Of a stretch of DNA of 64,000 bases, positions 10,159 through 20,636 are shown one piece after another. Both the position numbers and the translations under genes were made by a program. The stretch covers positions 310,001 to 374,000 of the forward strand of contig NZ_BAABFP010000002.1 in NCBI RefSeq assembly GCF_039541115.1, given 5' to 3'. The DNA comes from Angustibacter luteus (GTDB taxonomy: Bacteria > Actinomycetota > Actinomycetes > Actinomycetales > Angustibacteraceae). The stretch's first letter is position 1, and each line of letters starts with the position of its first letter. The notes beneath the pieces were generated by a model. That model was not told the origin of the DNA. It did not search any database and saw only the letters and a list, made by a program, of their open reading frames with translations.

Positions 10159-11312
10159 CGGACTGCCTCCGAGGCCATCGCGGCCGCGATCGCCTGGACC
10201 TGCGCCGGCACGACCGGCGTCGGGCGGTCGGCCGGTGCACGGGGCGGCTCGGTGGCGTTGAGCTCGTTCATGGCCAGCGCCTCGGCCGCGTAGATCGCAC
10301 CGGGGCCGCCGCGGGCGGCGACCTCACGCAAGCGCTCCACCGCGCGGTCACCCAGCCGGCCCAGGGCGCGGGCGGCGTTGCTGGCGACCAGGTGGGCGTC
10401 GTCCAGCAGCAGCGGCTCGAGCATCTCGACGGCCTGCCGGCCCCCGATGTCGCCGATCGCCCGGGCCGCGACGGCCCGCAGGGCGAACGGCTCCGCCGGG
10501 TCGAGGCAGCGCCCGAGCACGGTCAGACCACTCGGCACGCCGATCCGGCCGAGGGCACGGGCGCAGCGGATCCGTACGTCGTCGTCCGGGTCGTGCATCG
10601 CGTGGCTGGCCAGCACCCCCACGGCCGTGACCGCGCCGCCCAGCCCGAGGATCTCGGCGGCCACCGCACGGGCGGCGGGGTCGTGCGCGCTCATGGCGGT
10701 GACCAGGATCGGGGTCGCACCCGGGCCGAGCCGGGCCAGGCTGCGCGCCACGATCCGCATCGGCACGGGGTGCGGCCCGGCGACGGAGCGCACGAGGATC
10801 TTCGTGGACGCCGGATCGCCGATCTCACCGAGAGCGCGGGCCGCCACGATGCGGACCTCCGGGTCCCGGTCGTGCTCCAGCAGGTGCTCGAGCTCCTCCC
10901 GGGGGGCGTGGGCGCCGAGCAGGCCCAGGAGCTCAGCCGAGCGGGCCCTACCGACGGCGCCGGCTCCGTGCAGCCGCTTGACCAGCCGGTCGATCGTGCC
11001 GCGCCGCTCCAGCAGCTCGACCAGGGCCGTGCGAGCACCGCCGCGCAGCTTGCGGACCATGGACACCACCACCGGCTCGAGGGCTCGCCAGACCTGGTCG
11101 TCCAGGGCGAGCAGGCGCTCGACGTACACCGGGTCCTGTCCCTCGTCGGCGACGAGGGCGACCAGCAGGGGGCGGTAGGGATCGGCCAGGGCGATGCGGC
11201 GACGCACCGAGCGCTGACGCAGCCCGCGGCGCAGCACGATCGCCACGGCGAGGGCGACGCAGAGCAGGGCGATCGCCAGTCCACCGACAGCGAAGGCCGC
11301 CGCCGCGTTCAC
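10155..11312 (-). CDS. Membrane-anchored HEAT-repeat protein
   Basis: N-terminal TM helix, then repeated D(P/D)xVRxxAAxALGxIG units. Confidence 0.85.
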   Translation of the reverse strand: MNAAAAFAVGGLAIALLCVALAVAIVLRRGLRQRSVRRRIALADPYRPLLVALVADEGQDPVYVERLLALDDQVWRALEPVVVSMVRKLRGGARTALVELLERRGTIDRLVKRLHGAGAVGRARSAELLGLLGAHAPREELEHLLEHDRDPEVRIVAARALGEIGDPASTKILVRSVAGPHPVPMRIVARSLARLGPGATPILVTAMSAHDPAARAVAAEILGLGGAVTAVGVLASHAMHDPDDDVRIRCARALGRIGVPSGLTVLGRCLDPAEPFALRAVAARAIGDIGGRQAVEMLEPLLLDDAHLVASNAARALGRLGDRAVERLREVAARGGPGAIYAAEALAMNELNATEPPRAPADRPTPVVPAQVQAIAAAMASEAVR

Positions 11313-11683
11313 GCCGAGCTGCGAGCCAGCACCGCCTGCACCCGGCTCAACAGCTCGCGGGGGCTGAACGGTTTGACCACGTAGTCGTCAGCGCCCATCG
11401 AGAAGCCGGACTCGACGTCCGCCTCCTGCGCCTTCGCGGTGAGCAGGATGACCCGGGTCGAGCCCATCTCGGGGTGGCTGCGCAGCCGCTGCAGCACCTG
11501 CAGGCCGCTCAACCCGGGCATCATCACGTCCAGCACGGCGACGTCCGGCCGGTGCTGGACCGCGCTCGCGTAGGCGTCGTCCCCGTCGCCGGAGACCAGG
11601 ACGTCGAAACCGGCGGCCTCGAGCTTGAAGGCCACGAGGTCGCGAATGTCCCGGTCGTCGTCCGCAACGAGCACGGTGGTCAC
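11309..11683 (-). CDS. Single-domain response regulator (receiver only)
   Basis: VADDD, LDVMMP (phospho-Asp), LTAK and KPF; GGAGG RBS; no output domain. Confidence 0.9.
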   Translation of the reverse strand: MTTVLVADDDRDIRDLVAFKLEAAGFDVLVSGDGDDAYASAVQHRPDVAVLDVMMPGLSGLQVLQRLRSHPEMGSTRVILLTAKAQEADVESGFSMGADDYVVKPFSPRELLSRVQAVLARSSA

Positions 11684-11738
11684 GAGGGGGCCTCCAGGGC
11701 GAGGTGGGGCGGCCGCGGCAGCGACCGTCCTGCTCTAT

Positions 11739-11764
11739 CTCGGCAGCCAGACCTCGACCTTGAG
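11739..11764 (-). promoter_or_regulatory. Sigma28 (WhiG/FliA)-like promoter
   Basis: Minus strand CTCA-N16-GCCGAG, 56 bp upstream of the receiver gene start. Confidence 0.6.
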
Positions 11765-11793
11765 CCGAACGGGTGAACACGTGCGCGCAGACG

Positions 11794-11835
11794 GCAGCAG
11801 GCCCCGCGCACCCATGGGTGCGCGGGGCCTGCTGC
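11794..11835 (-). terminator. Perfect 42-bp palindrome after rho (probable terminator)
   Basis: GCAGCAGGCCCCGCGCACCCA/TGGGTGCGCGGGGCCTGCTGC, 14 bp after the rho stop. Confidence 0.7.
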
Positions 11836-11849
11836 GTGCTTGCGACGGG

Positions 11850-13769
11850 TCAGTCGTCGTCGCCGCCCTTGCCGGGCACCGGCGTCGTCTTCTGCACCTG
11901 CATCAGGAACTCGGTGTTGCTCCTGGTCTCCTTCAGCTTGGACAGCAGCAGCTCGAGTGCCTGCTGGGAGTCCAGGCCCGACAGCACGCGGCGCAGCTTC
12001 CAGCTGACCTGGAGCTCCTCACGGCCGAGCAGGATCTCTTCGCGCCGGGTGCTGGACGGGTTGACGTCCACCGCCGGGAACAGTCTCTTGTCAGCGAGGC
12101 GCCGGTCGAGCCGCAGCTCCATGTTCCCGGTGCCCTTGAACTCCTCGAAGATGACCTCGTCCATCTTGGAGCCGGTCTCGACGAGCGCGGTGGCCAGGAT
12201 GGTCAGCGAACCGCCGTCCTCGATGTTGCGCGCGGCACCGAAGAAGCGCTTCGGCGGGTACAGCGCGCTGGAGTCCACGCCACCGGACAGGATGCGCCCG
12301 CTGGCGGGTGCAGCCAGGTTGTACGCGCGACCGAGGCGGGTGATCGAGTCGAGCAGGACGACCACGTCGTTGCCCATCTCGACCAGGCGCTTGGCCCGCT
12401 CGATGGCCAGCTCGGCAACGGTCGTGTGGTCCTCGGCCGGACGGTCGAACGTCGAGGCGATGACCTCGCCCTTGACCGTGCGCTGCATGTCCGTGACCTC
12501 TTCGGGGCGCTCGTCGACGAGCACGACCATGAGGTGGGCCTCGGGGTTGTTCGTGGCCACGGCGTTGGCGATCGCCTGCAGGATCAGCGTCTTGCCGGCC
12601 TTCGGCGGCGAGACGATGAGGCCGCGCTGGCCCTTGCCGATCGGCGACACCAGGTCGATGATCCGCGTCGTCAGGATGCCCGGCTCGGTCTCCAGCCGGA
12701 GTCGCTCCTGCGGGTACAGCGGGGTCAGCTTGCCGAACTCGACCCGCGTCTTGGCCTGGTCCGGCGTCATGCCGTTCACGGTGTCCAGGCGGACCAGCGC
12801 GTTGAACTTGCTGCGGTTGCCCTGCCCGCCCTGCTGCTCGCCCTCGCGGGGCTGGCGGACGGCGCCGGTGACCGCGTCGCCCTTGCGCAGGCCGTTCTTC
12901 TTGACCTGGCCGAGCGAGACGTAGACGTCGTTCGGACCCGGCAGGTAGCCGGACGTCCGGATGAAGGCGTAGCTGTCCAGGACGTCGACGATGCCGGCGA
13001 CCGGCAGCAGCACGTCGTCCTCGGTGAGCTCCGGCTCCTCGTAGCCCTGGCCGAGCTCGCCGGGGCGGCCACCGCGGCGCTTGCGGTCGCGGTACCGCCC
13101 ACGGCGACGGCGACCGCCGCCCTCTTCGTCGTCGTCGAACCGGTTCTGACCGGCCGGGTTCTGGGTGCCCTGGGTGTTCTGGGCGCCCTGGGTGTTCTGG
13201 GTGCCCTGGGTGCTCTGGGCGTTCTGGCCGGCCTGGGCCGGCTGGCTGGCCTGGCCCTGCGGCTGGCCACCCTGGCGGTTCTGACGCTCGCCCTGCTGAC
13301 GCTCGCCCTGCTGACGCTCGCCCTGCTGACGCTCGCCCTGCTGACGCTCGCCCTGCTGACGCGGCTGACGCTGACGGTCGCTGCGCTGGCGCTCGCCCTG
13401 CTGACGCTCCTGGCCGGACTCGGCGGACGCCTGCTCACGGCCCGCGTCGGCCGGGGCGCTGGTCTGGTCGGACGGCTGGCGCTGGGCCGACTGCTCACGC
13501 TGGGCCGGCTGCTCACGCTGCGTCGGCTGCTCGTCCCGGGCCGGGCGGGTCTCACGCTCGGAGCTGGCGTCACGGGCGGCTGGGGCGCTCGCGCCACTGG
13601 CACTGGGGGGGCGGCTGCCGCCGGAGCGACGCTCGCCGATCGCGGCGATCAGGTCGCTCTTGCGCATCTTGCCGGTGCCGGTGATGCCCAGCTCGGCGGC
13701 CATGGCCTGCAGCTCGGGCAGCCGCTTGCCGGTCAGGCCGCTAGCCGGACGGGTGGTGGTCTCGGTCAC
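11850..13769 (-). CDS. rho: Transcription termination factor Rho with long N-terminal insertion
   Basis: PIGKGQRGLIVSPPKAGKT, DERPEEVTD, DSITRLGRAYN and EEFKGTGNME. Confidence 0.98.
   Translation of the reverse strand: MTETTTRPASGLTGKRLPELQAMAAELGITGTGKMRKSDLIAAIGERRSGGSRPPSASGASAPAARDASSERETRPARDEQPTQREQPAQREQSAQRQPSDQTSAPADAGREQASAESGQERQQGERQRSDRQRQPRQQGERQQGERQQGERQQGERQQGERQNRQGGQPQGQASQPAQAGQNAQSTQGTQNTQGAQNTQGTQNPAGQNRFDDDEEGGGRRRRGRYRDRKRRGGRPGELGQGYEEPELTEDDVLLPVAGIVDVLDSYAFIRTSGYLPGPNDVYVSLGQVKKNGLRKGDAVTGAVRQPREGEQQGGQGNRSKFNALVRLDTVNGMTPDQAKTRVEFGKLTPLYPQERLRLETEPGILTTRIIDLVSPIGKGQRGLIVSPPKAGKTLILQAIANAVATNNPEAHLMVVLVDERPEEVTDMQRTVKGEVIASTFDRPAEDHTTVAELAIERAKRLVEMGNDVVVLLDSITRLGRAYNLAAPASGRILSGGVDSSALYPPKRFFGAARNIEDGGSLTILATALVETGSKMDEVIFEEFKGTGNMELRLDRRLADKRLFPAVDVNPSSTRREEILLGREELQVSWKLRRVLSGLDSQQALELLLSKLKETRSNTEFLMQVQKTTPVPGKGGDDD
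13281..13355. repeat. Perfect 15-bp tandem repeat x5 inside rho
   Basis: (CTGACGCTCGCCCTG)5 encoding (QQGER)5. Confidence 0.9.
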
Positions 13770-14070
13770 GAAGTTCCTTCTCCCCTCGTTCGCCCCCGGT
13801 CTGTGGCGGGTAGCGAGTTCAATGAGCCGGCTTTGCTTGCCAGAGCTCAGGTGTCGTCATCCGTGCGGGAACGGCGGACCCGTCAGGTTCGGGACCGCGG
13901 TATTTCGGATTCGCCTCAGCCGTCCCTCGACGGGAGTGGCGTGGATGGCGACTGCGTCGGCTTCCGGAAGGCGGGGAGCGTGCCGGAGCGGGGACGCGCA
14001 GTCAGAGTAACACCATCACCTGCTGAATGTGTTCCTTCCCACGCCCCCGCCACGCCGCGCCGCCACCCGA

Positions 14071-15042
14071 TCAGGCGAGCCGATCCGAGGGCCCTGCAAC
14101 CGCCTCGTCACCGACAGCAACGACGGTCGCGCCGTGCGCCACCAGGGCCGGCGCGAGGGCCCGCCAGTGGGCTGCTGCCGTTGCGGCACAGCGGGTCCGC
14201 AGCGCCTCGGCGTCACCGACCCCGAGCACCAGAACGCTCGGCCCGGCTCCCGACACCACCGCGGCGAGTCCGCGCGCTCGCAGCTCCTCGACGACCTCGA
14301 TGGTCTGCGGCATCGCTGCGGCCCGCTGCCGCTGGTGCAGCCGGTCCTCGGTCGCAGGCAGCAGGAGGTCGGGGTCCTGCGTCATGGCGTGCACGAGCAA
14401 CGCGGCACGAGCGCTGTTCGCCGCCGCGTCCGCGTGCGCGACGCTCGTGGGCAGGACGGACCGCGCGTGGTGGGTGGCCAGCCGGCTGGTCGGCACCAAC
14501 AGCACCGCGACGACGTCCGGCCGCGGCTCGAGCCGGACCGCCCGCGGGCCGGCCGGTTCCGTCCACGCGAGGGTCAGCCCACCCAGCAGCGCGGCGGCTG
14601 CGTTGTCCGGGTGACCCTCGAACTCGGTGGCCAGGCAGAGCAGCTGCTCGTCGTCCAGCCCGCCCGAGCCGGCGCCCGGTCCGGCCAGCGCCCGGGCCGC
14701 GACCAGGCCGGCGACGACGGCCGCCGCCGAGGACCCCAGCCCGCGCCCGTGCGGGATCGTGTTGCGGCAGACGAGCTCCAGCGAGTCCGGCTGCGTCCAG
14801 CCGGCCGCGTCGAGACCACGTCGCAGGGCGCGCACGACCAGGTGGTCCTCACCGTCGGAGACCTCGCCGACGCCCTCGCCGTGCACCGTGACGCGGACGC
14901 CGGGCTCGCCGCCGACCCGCACCTCGACCTGGTCGAACACCCCGAGGGCAAGGCCGAGGCTGTCGAAGCCCGGGCCGAGGTTCGCGCTGGTGGCGCACAC
15001 CTGCACCCGCACGCTCACCGGCTCATCCAGCGGCCCGCTCAC
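14071..15042 (-). CDS. thrB: Homoserine kinase
   Basis: ATSANLGPGFD, PHGRGLGSSAA (GHMP motif), EGHPDN and SGAGPS. Confidence 0.96.
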   Translation of the reverse strand: MSGPLDEPVSVRVQVCATSANLGPGFDSLGLALGVFDQVEVRVGGEPGVRVTVHGEGVGEVSDGEDHLVVRALRRGLDAAGWTQPDSLELVCRNTIPHGRGLGSSAAAVVAGLVAARALAGPGAGSGGLDDEQLLCLATEFEGHPDNAAAALLGGLTLAWTEPAGPRAVRLEPRPDVVAVLLVPTSRLATHHARSVLPTSVAHADAAANSARAALLVHAMTQDPDLLLPATEDRLHQRQRAAAMPQTIEVVEELRARGLAAVVSGAGPSVLVLGVGDAEALRTRCAATAAAHWRALAPALVAHGATVVAVGDEAVAGPSDRLA

Positions 15043-15046
15043 CCGC

Positions 15047-16132
15047 TCACTCCTCCAGGCCGAGGGCCGTCGCGACCGAGACGGTGTCGACCGGGACGCG
15101 GACCGGCGTCACCTCTGACCCGTCCTCGGTGCGCAGCGCCCACTGCGGGTCCTTCAGGCCGTGACCGGTGACCGTGCACACGATGCGTTGCCCGGGCTCC
15201 AGCCCACCGGCCGCGTGCACGGCCAGCAGGCCGGCGACCCCGGCGGCCGAGCCCGGCTCGACGAAGACACCCTCCCGGCTGGACAGCCAGCGGTGCGCGG
15301 CCAGGATCTGCTCGTCGGTGACGGCGTCGATCCGGCCGCCGCTGTCGTCGCGGGCCTGCTCGGCCTGCCGCCAGGACGCGGGGTTGCCGATCCGGATGGC
15401 GGTGGCGATCGTCTCGGGCTCGTCGATCGGGTGACCGGCCACGATGGGCGCCGCGCCGGCGGCCTGGAACCCCCACATCCGTGGGGTGCGGGTCGCCGGT
15501 CCGGGCTGCGCCGACGCCGATGTGTACTCCCCGTAGCCCTTCCAGTACGCCGTGATGTTGCCGGCGTTGCCCACCGGCAGGCAGTGCACGTCGGGGGCGT
15601 CGCCCAGTGCGTCGACGACCTCGAAGGCCGCGGTCTTCTGCCCCTCGATCCGGTACGGGTTGACCGAGTTCACCAGCTCGACCGGGTAGGCCTCGGCGAG
15701 CTTGCGGGCCACCGTGAGGCAGTCGTCGAAGTTGCCGTCGACCTGCAGGAGCGTCGCGCCGTGCGCGATGGCCTGGCTGAGCTTGCCCATCGCGATCTTG
15801 CCGTCCGGCACCAGCACCGCGCAGGTCATCCCGGCCGCCGTCGCGTAGGCCGCTGCGGACGCCGAGGTGTTGCCGGTCGACGCGCAGATGACCACCCGGG
15901 CGCCGGCCTGAGCGGCCTTCGAGATGGCCATCGTCATGCCGCGGTCCTTGAAGGACGCGGTCGGGTTCATGCCCTCGACCTTCAGCCACACCTCACAGCC
16001 GGTGGTCTGCGACAGGTGCCGGGCGCGCACCAACGGGGTGCCACCCTCGCCGAGGGTCACCACGGGGGTGTCCGTGTCGACCGGCAGCCGGTCCCGGTAC
16101 TCCTCGATGACGCCGCGCCACTGGTGTGCCAC
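15047..16132 (-). CDS. thrC: Threonine synthase
   Basis: [18 protein letters not shown] (PLP lysine), ASTGNT and PVGNAGN. Confidence 0.96.
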   Translation of the reverse strand: MAHQWRGVIEEYRDRLPVDTDTPVVTLGEGGTPLVRARHLSQTTGCEVWLKVEGMNPTASFKDRGMTMAISKAAQAGARVVICASTGNTSASAAAYATAAGMTCAVLVPDGKIAMGKLSQAIAHGATLLQVDGNFDDCLTVARKLAEAYPVELVNSVNPYRIEGQKTAAFEVVDALGDAPDVHCLPVGNAGNITAYWKGYGEYTSASAQPGPATRTPRMWGFQAAGAAPIVAGHPIDEPETIATAIRIGNPASWRQAEQARDDSGGRIDAVTDEQILAAHRWLSSREGVFVEPGSAAGVAGLLAVHAAGGLEPGQRIVCTVTGHGLKDPQWALRTEDGSEVTPVRVPVDTVSVATALGLEE

Positions 16133-17448
16133 TACTCGCCCTCCACCCGCATCACGCTCGCCACCGCCTGGACGACGTCCAGCTTGGCCAGGTCGTCCAC
16201 CGTCGCCGCGAGCGCCTCGTCGGTCGCCTGGTGGGTGACCACGACCAGCGCGGCGCGCGGCGGGGCGTCACCCTCACCGGGGGTGAGCTGCTGGCGGACG
16301 GTCTCGATGGACACCTCGTGGTCGGCGAACACCAGCGCGACCTGGGCGAGCACCCCCGGCCGGTCGGCCACGTCGAGGCTCACGTGGTAGCGGGTGCGGG
16401 TGCTCCCCATCGGCAGCAGCGACAGCTCGGCGTACGACGACTCGCCCGGCCCGCGGCCACCCTGCACGCGGTGCCGCGCCACGGACACGACGTCGCCGAG
16501 CACCGCGCTCGCGGTCGGCTCGCCGCCGGCGCCCGGCCCGTAGAACATCAGCTCGCCAGCGGCCTCGGCCTCGACGAAGACGGCGTTGAACGCCCCACGG
16601 ACGCCGGCCAGGGGGTGCGTGCGCGGCAGCATCGCCGGGTGCACCCGCACCGCGACGCCCTCACCGCCTGCCGGGTCCGCCGTCCGCTCGCAGATCGCCA
16701 GCAGCTTGACCACGCAGCCCATCTCGCGGGCCGCGGCGACGTCGGCCGCGCTGACGTCGGTGATGCCCTCGCGGTACACCGCCGAGGCGGGCACCCGGGT
16801 GTGGAACGCGAGCGAGGCGAGGATCGCGGCCTTGGCGGCGGCGTCGAAGCCCTCGACGTCCGCGGTCGGGTCGGCCTCGGCGTAGCCGAGCGCCTGCGCC
16901 TGCTCGACGGCCTCGGCGAACCCGGCTCCGGTGGTGTCCATCTGGTCCAGAACGTAGTTGGTGGTGCCGTTGACGATGCCCAGCACCCGCTTGATCCGGT
17001 CGCCGGCCAGCGACTCGCGCACCGGACGGACCAGCGGGATGGCCCCGGCGACAGCGGCCTCGAAGTACAGGTCGACCGCGTGCTCGTCGGCGGCCGCGTA
17101 CAGCGTCGGGCCGTCCTGGGCGAGCAGCGCCTTGTTCGCCGTGACGACCGAAGCGCCGTGCGCCATCGCGGACAGGATCAGCGTGCGGGCCGGCTCGATG
17201 CCGCCGATCACCTCGATGACGATGTCGGCCCGGGTGACGAGCTCCTCGGCGTCCGTGGTGAACAGCTCGGGCGCGACGCCGGTGGCGGCGCGGTCCCGGC
17301 CGGTGCGGCGGACGGCGATGCCGACGATCTCGAGCGGGCGACCGGAGCGGGCGGCCAGCTCGCCGGCGTGCTCGGTGAGCAACCGGGCCACCTGGGTGCC
17401 GACGACGCCGCAGCCGAGCATCGCGACGCGCAGAGGGGCGGTACTCAC
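16132..17448 (-). CDS. hom: Homoserine dehydrogenase with ACT domain (alternative start 17466)
   Basis: [27 protein letters not shown] and GYAEADP; C-terminal DRPGVL ACT domain. Confidence 0.95.
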   Translation of the reverse strand: MSTAPLRVAMLGCGVVGTQVARLLTEHAGELAARSGRPLEIVGIAVRRTGRDRAATGVAPELFTTDAEELVTRADIVIEVIGGIEPARTLILSAMAHGASVVTANKALLAQDGPTLYAAADEHAVDLYFEAAVAGAIPLVRPVRESLAGDRIKRVLGIVNGTTNYVLDQMDTTGAGFAEAVEQAQALGYAEADPTADVEGFDAAAKAAILASLAFHTRVPASAVYREGITDVSAADVAAAREMGCVVKLLAICERTADPAGGEGVAVRVHPAMLPRTHPLAGVRGAFNAVFVEAEAAGELMFYGPGAGGEPTASAVLGDVVSVARHRVQGGRGPGESSYAELSLLPMGSTRTRYHVSLDVADRPGVLAQVALVFADHEVSIETVRQQLTPGEGDAPPRAALVVVTHQATDEALAATVDDLAKLDVVQAVASVMRVEGE

Positions 17449-17478
17449 GGCGCCATCATGACTCACGGCGCCATCATG
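17443..17478. repeat. Perfect 18-bp tandem duplication at the hom start
   Basis: ACTCACGGCGCCATCATG twice (17443-17460 and 17461-17478). Confidence 0.9.
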
Positions 17479-17521
17479 CCGGGTGCGCCCACCTGGTGAG
17501 AACGACGTCCGTGATCCGGAC

Positions 17522-18943
17522 TCACCCGAGGTCCAGGGCGAGCAGGTCGTCCTCGGTCTCGCGCCGCACCAGCACCCGCACCTGGCCGTCGCGGGCCGCG
17601 AGCACCGGGGGCCGCGGCACGTGGTTGTACTGGCTGGCCATGCTCCGGCAGTAGGCGCCGGTGCCGGGCACGGCGAGCAGGTCGCCGGGCCCGACGTCCG
17701 AGGGCAGAAACTCGTCCTTGACCACGATGTCGCCGCTCTCGCAGTGCTTGCCGACCACCCGGGAGAGCACGGGCTCGGCGTCCGAGCGGCGGTTCGCCAG
17801 GGTCGCCGAGTAGTCGGCGTCGTACAGGGCGGTGCGGATGTTGTCGCTCATCCCGCCGTCCACGGCGACGTACCGGCGCCGGCCGCCGCCGTCCAGGTCG
17901 ACGTCCTTGACGGTGCCGACCGAGTACAGGGTGAAGGTGCTCGGACCGGCGATGGCCCGACCGGGCTCCACCGAGATCCGCGGGACGTCGACCCCGAGGT
18001 CCGCGCACTCCTTGCCGACGATCTCGGCGAGTCCCCCGGCCAGGTCGGTCGGCGCCAACGGGTCGTGCTGGGTCGTGTAGGCGATGCCGAACCCGCCACC
18101 GAGGTCGAGCTCGGGCAGAACGACCCCGTGCTCGGTCGCCACCTTCGCGTGCAGCCCCAGCACCCGTCGGGCCGCGATCTCGAAACCCTGGACGTCGAAG
18201 ATCTGCGAGCCGATGTGCGAGTGCAGGCCGCGCAGCTCGAGCTCGGGCCGGGCCAGCACCTGCGCGACGGCCGCCCGGGCCTGGCCGCCGCTGAGCGACA
18301 GACCGAACTTCTGGTCCTCGTGAGCGGTGGCGATGTAGGAGTGGGTGTGCGCCTCGACCCCGACGGTCACCCGCAGCAGCACCGGCGCCCGCACGCCGCG
18401 CTCGCGCGCGAGGTCGGCGACCCGGTCGATCTCGGACGGTGCGTCGACGACGATCCGGCCGATGCCGGCGTCCAGCGCCCGGCCGATCTCGGCGTCGCTC
18501 TTGTTGTTGCCGTGCAGCCCGATCCGGGACGGCGGCACCTGCGCCCGCAGGGCTACGGCGAGCTCGCCCCCGGTGCAGGTATCCAGGCTCAGGCCCTCCT
18601 GCACCACCCAGCGGGCGACCTCGGTGCACAGGAACGCCTTGCCCGCGTAGTACACGTCGGCACCGCCGCAGAGGTCGGCGAAGGCGGCGTCGAAGGCGGT
18701 GGCGAATGCGCGGGCGCGGGCCCGGAAGTCCGCTTCGTCCACCACGTACGCGGGGGTGCCGTGCTGGGCCGCGATCGCGACCACGTCGACGTCCGCGACC
18801 TTGAGCCGGCCGCAGCTGCTGCCCCGCCGGACCGTGCGCGACCACAGGGGCGCCACCAGCTCGTTGACGTCGACCGGCGGGCGCAGCCACGACGGGCCGA
18901 AGTACCCGTCGGCGTGCAGCGCACCGGCCTCGTGCGCGCGCAC
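17522..18943 (-). CDS. lysA: Diaminopimelate decarboxylase
   Basis: YAGKAF (PLP lysine), HGNNKS, HSHIGSQ, EPGR and HCESGD. GTG 18943 overlaps the argS TAG. Confidence 0.96.
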   Translation of the reverse strand: MRAHEAGALHADGYFGPSWLRPPVDVNELVAPLWSRTVRRGSSCGRLKVADVDVVAIAAQHGTPAYVVDEADFRARARAFATAFDAAFADLCGGADVYYAGKAFLCTEVARWVVQEGLSLDTCTGGELAVALRAQVPPSRIGLHGNNKSDAEIGRALDAGIGRIVVDAPSEIDRVADLARERGVRAPVLLRVTVGVEAHTHSYIATAHEDQKFGLSLSGGQARAAVAQVLARPELELRGLHSHIGSQIFDVQGFEIAARRVLGLHAKVATEHGVVLPELDLGGGFGIAYTTQHDPLAPTDLAGGLAEIVGKECADLGVDVPRISVEPGRAIAGPSTFTLYSVGTVKDVDLDGGGRRRYVAVDGGMSDNIRTALYDADYSATLANRRSDAEPVLSRVVGKHCESGDIVVKDEFLPSDVGPGDLLAVPGTGAYCRSMASQYNHVPRPPVLAARDGQVRVLVRRETEDDLLALDLG

Positions 18944-20589
18944 TACATCTGCTCCGGCGCGGACACACCCAGCAGGTCCAGGCCGCGGGCCAGCACGGTT
19001 CGGGTGGCCTCGTTGACCCAGAGCCGGGTGCGGTGCAGGTCGGTGATCTCCTCGTCCGCGCTCTCGGGCCGGACCCGGCACTCGTCGTACCACTTGTGGT
19101 ACTTGCCGGCGAGCTCCTCGAGGTAGCGGGCCACCCGGTGCGGCTCACGCAGCTCCGCGGCCTGACCGACGACCCGCGGGAACTCGCCCAGGGTAGCCAG
19201 CAGCACGGACTCGGTCTCGTGGTCCAGCAGCGTCGGGTCGAAGCCGTCCTCGCGCCGTACGCCGTCCTCGGCCGCCAGCCGGGACATCCGGCTGATCCGG
19301 GCGTGCGCGTACTGGACGTAGAACACGGGGTTGTCGTTGCTGCGCTGGCGCAGCTGCTCGCCGTCCAGGTTGAGCGGCGAGTCAGCCGGGTACCGGGCCA
19401 GGGAGTACCGGACGGCGTCGCTGCCGATCCAGTCGATCAGGTCGCGCATCTCGATCATGTTCCCGGCGCGCTTGGACAGCTTCGCGCCGTTGAGGTTGAT
19501 CAGCTGGCCGATCAGCACCTCGATGTTGACGCTCGGGTCGTCACCGGCGCAGGCCGCGATGGCCTTGAGCCGCCCGACGTAGCCGTGGTGGTCCGCGCCG
19601 AGCATGTAGACCTTCTCGGGGAAGCCGCGGTCCTTCTTGCTGAGGTAGTACGCCGCGTCCGCGGCGAAGTAGGTCGGCACGCCGTCCTGCCGGACCATCA
19701 CCCGGTCCCGGTCGTCGCCGAAGTCGGTGGTACGCAGCCACACCGCACCATCGGCGTCGAAGACGTGCCCCTGCTCACGCAGCCGGGCCACGGCCTGCTC
19801 CACCGCGCCGCCGTCGTGCAGCGTGCGCTCGCTGAACCAGACGTCGAAGTGCACGTCGAACGAGGCGAGCACCTGCTGGATCTCGGCCAGCTGGGCCTGG
19901 TAGCCCAGGTCGCGGGCGACGACCAGCGCCTCGTCGTCGGGCAGCTCGAGCAGGTCCGGCCGCTGCTCGAGCACGACCTTCGCGAGACCGTCGACGTACT
20001 CGCCGGGGTAGCCGTTCTCGGGCACCGCCTCGCCGCGCGCACGGGCCAGCACGGACGCCGCGAAGTTCTCCATCTGGGCACCGGCGTCGTTGACGTAGTA
20101 CTCGCTGGTCACCGTCGCGCCGCTGGCGGCCAGCAGCCGGCGCAGGGAGTCGCCGAGCGCCGCCCACCGGGTGTGCCCGATGTGCAGCGGACCGGTCGGG
20201 TTCGCCGACACGAACTCCAGGTTCACCACGTGACCGGCGAGCGTGGTGTTCTCGCCGTAGGCGGTCCCGGCCTCCACGATGGTGCGGGCCAGCTCACCGG
20301 CGGCGCCGGCGTCCAGCGAGATGTTCAGGAAGCCGGGGCCGGCGACGTCGACCTTGCGGACGCCCTCGACCTCCTGCAGCCGGCGGGCCAGCACCTCGGC
20401 CAGCTGCCGCGGCGGGATCCCGGCCCCCTTGGCCAGCTGGAGCGCCAGGTTCGTCGACCAGTCGCCGTGCTCACGCGAACGCGGGCGCTCCACCCGGACC
20501 TCGTCGGGGACGGCGGCACTGAGCTCGCCGGAGGTGACGGCGTCGGCCAGGACACCACGGATGGCCAGGGAGAGCTGCTCGGGGGTCAC
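18943..20589 (-). CDS. argS: Arginine--tRNA ligase
   Basis: SANPTGPLHIGH (HIGH), GADHHGY, LSKRAG, YVQYAHAR and APEQM end; leaderless TAACCT-N6-GTG. Confidence 0.97.
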   Translation of the reverse strand: MTPEQLSLAIRGVLADAVTSGELSAAVPDEVRVERPRSREHGDWSTNLALQLAKGAGIPPRQLAEVLARRLQEVEGVRKVDVAGPGFLNISLDAGAAGELARTIVEAGTAYGENTTLAGHVVNLEFVSANPTGPLHIGHTRWAALGDSLRRLLAASGATVTSEYYVNDAGAQMENFAASVLARARGEAVPENGYPGEYVDGLAKVVLEQRPDLLELPDDEALVVARDLGYQAQLAEIQQVLASFDVHFDVWFSERTLHDGGAVEQAVARLREQGHVFDADGAVWLRTTDFGDDRDRVMVRQDGVPTYFAADAAYYLSKKDRGFPEKVYMLGADHHGYVGRLKAIAACAGDDPSVNIEVLIGQLINLNGAKLSKRAGNMIEMRDLIDWIGSDAVRYSLARYPADSPLNLDGEQLRQRSNDNPVFYVQYAHARISRMSRLAAEDGVRREDGFDPTLLDHETESVLLATLGEFPRVVGQAAELREPHRVARYLEELAGKYHKWYDECRVRPESADEEITDLHRTRLWVNEATRTVLARGLDLLGVSAPEQM

Positions 20590-20636
20590 CGTGGAAGGTT
20601 ACCGACTCACGCAGCCCGCTGACTCAGCCCACTGGT

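Noticed and set aside
13141..13420. Short periodic repeats resembling a CRISPR array
   Set aside because: They are contiguous in-frame coding repeats within rho, with no spacers and no cas genes.
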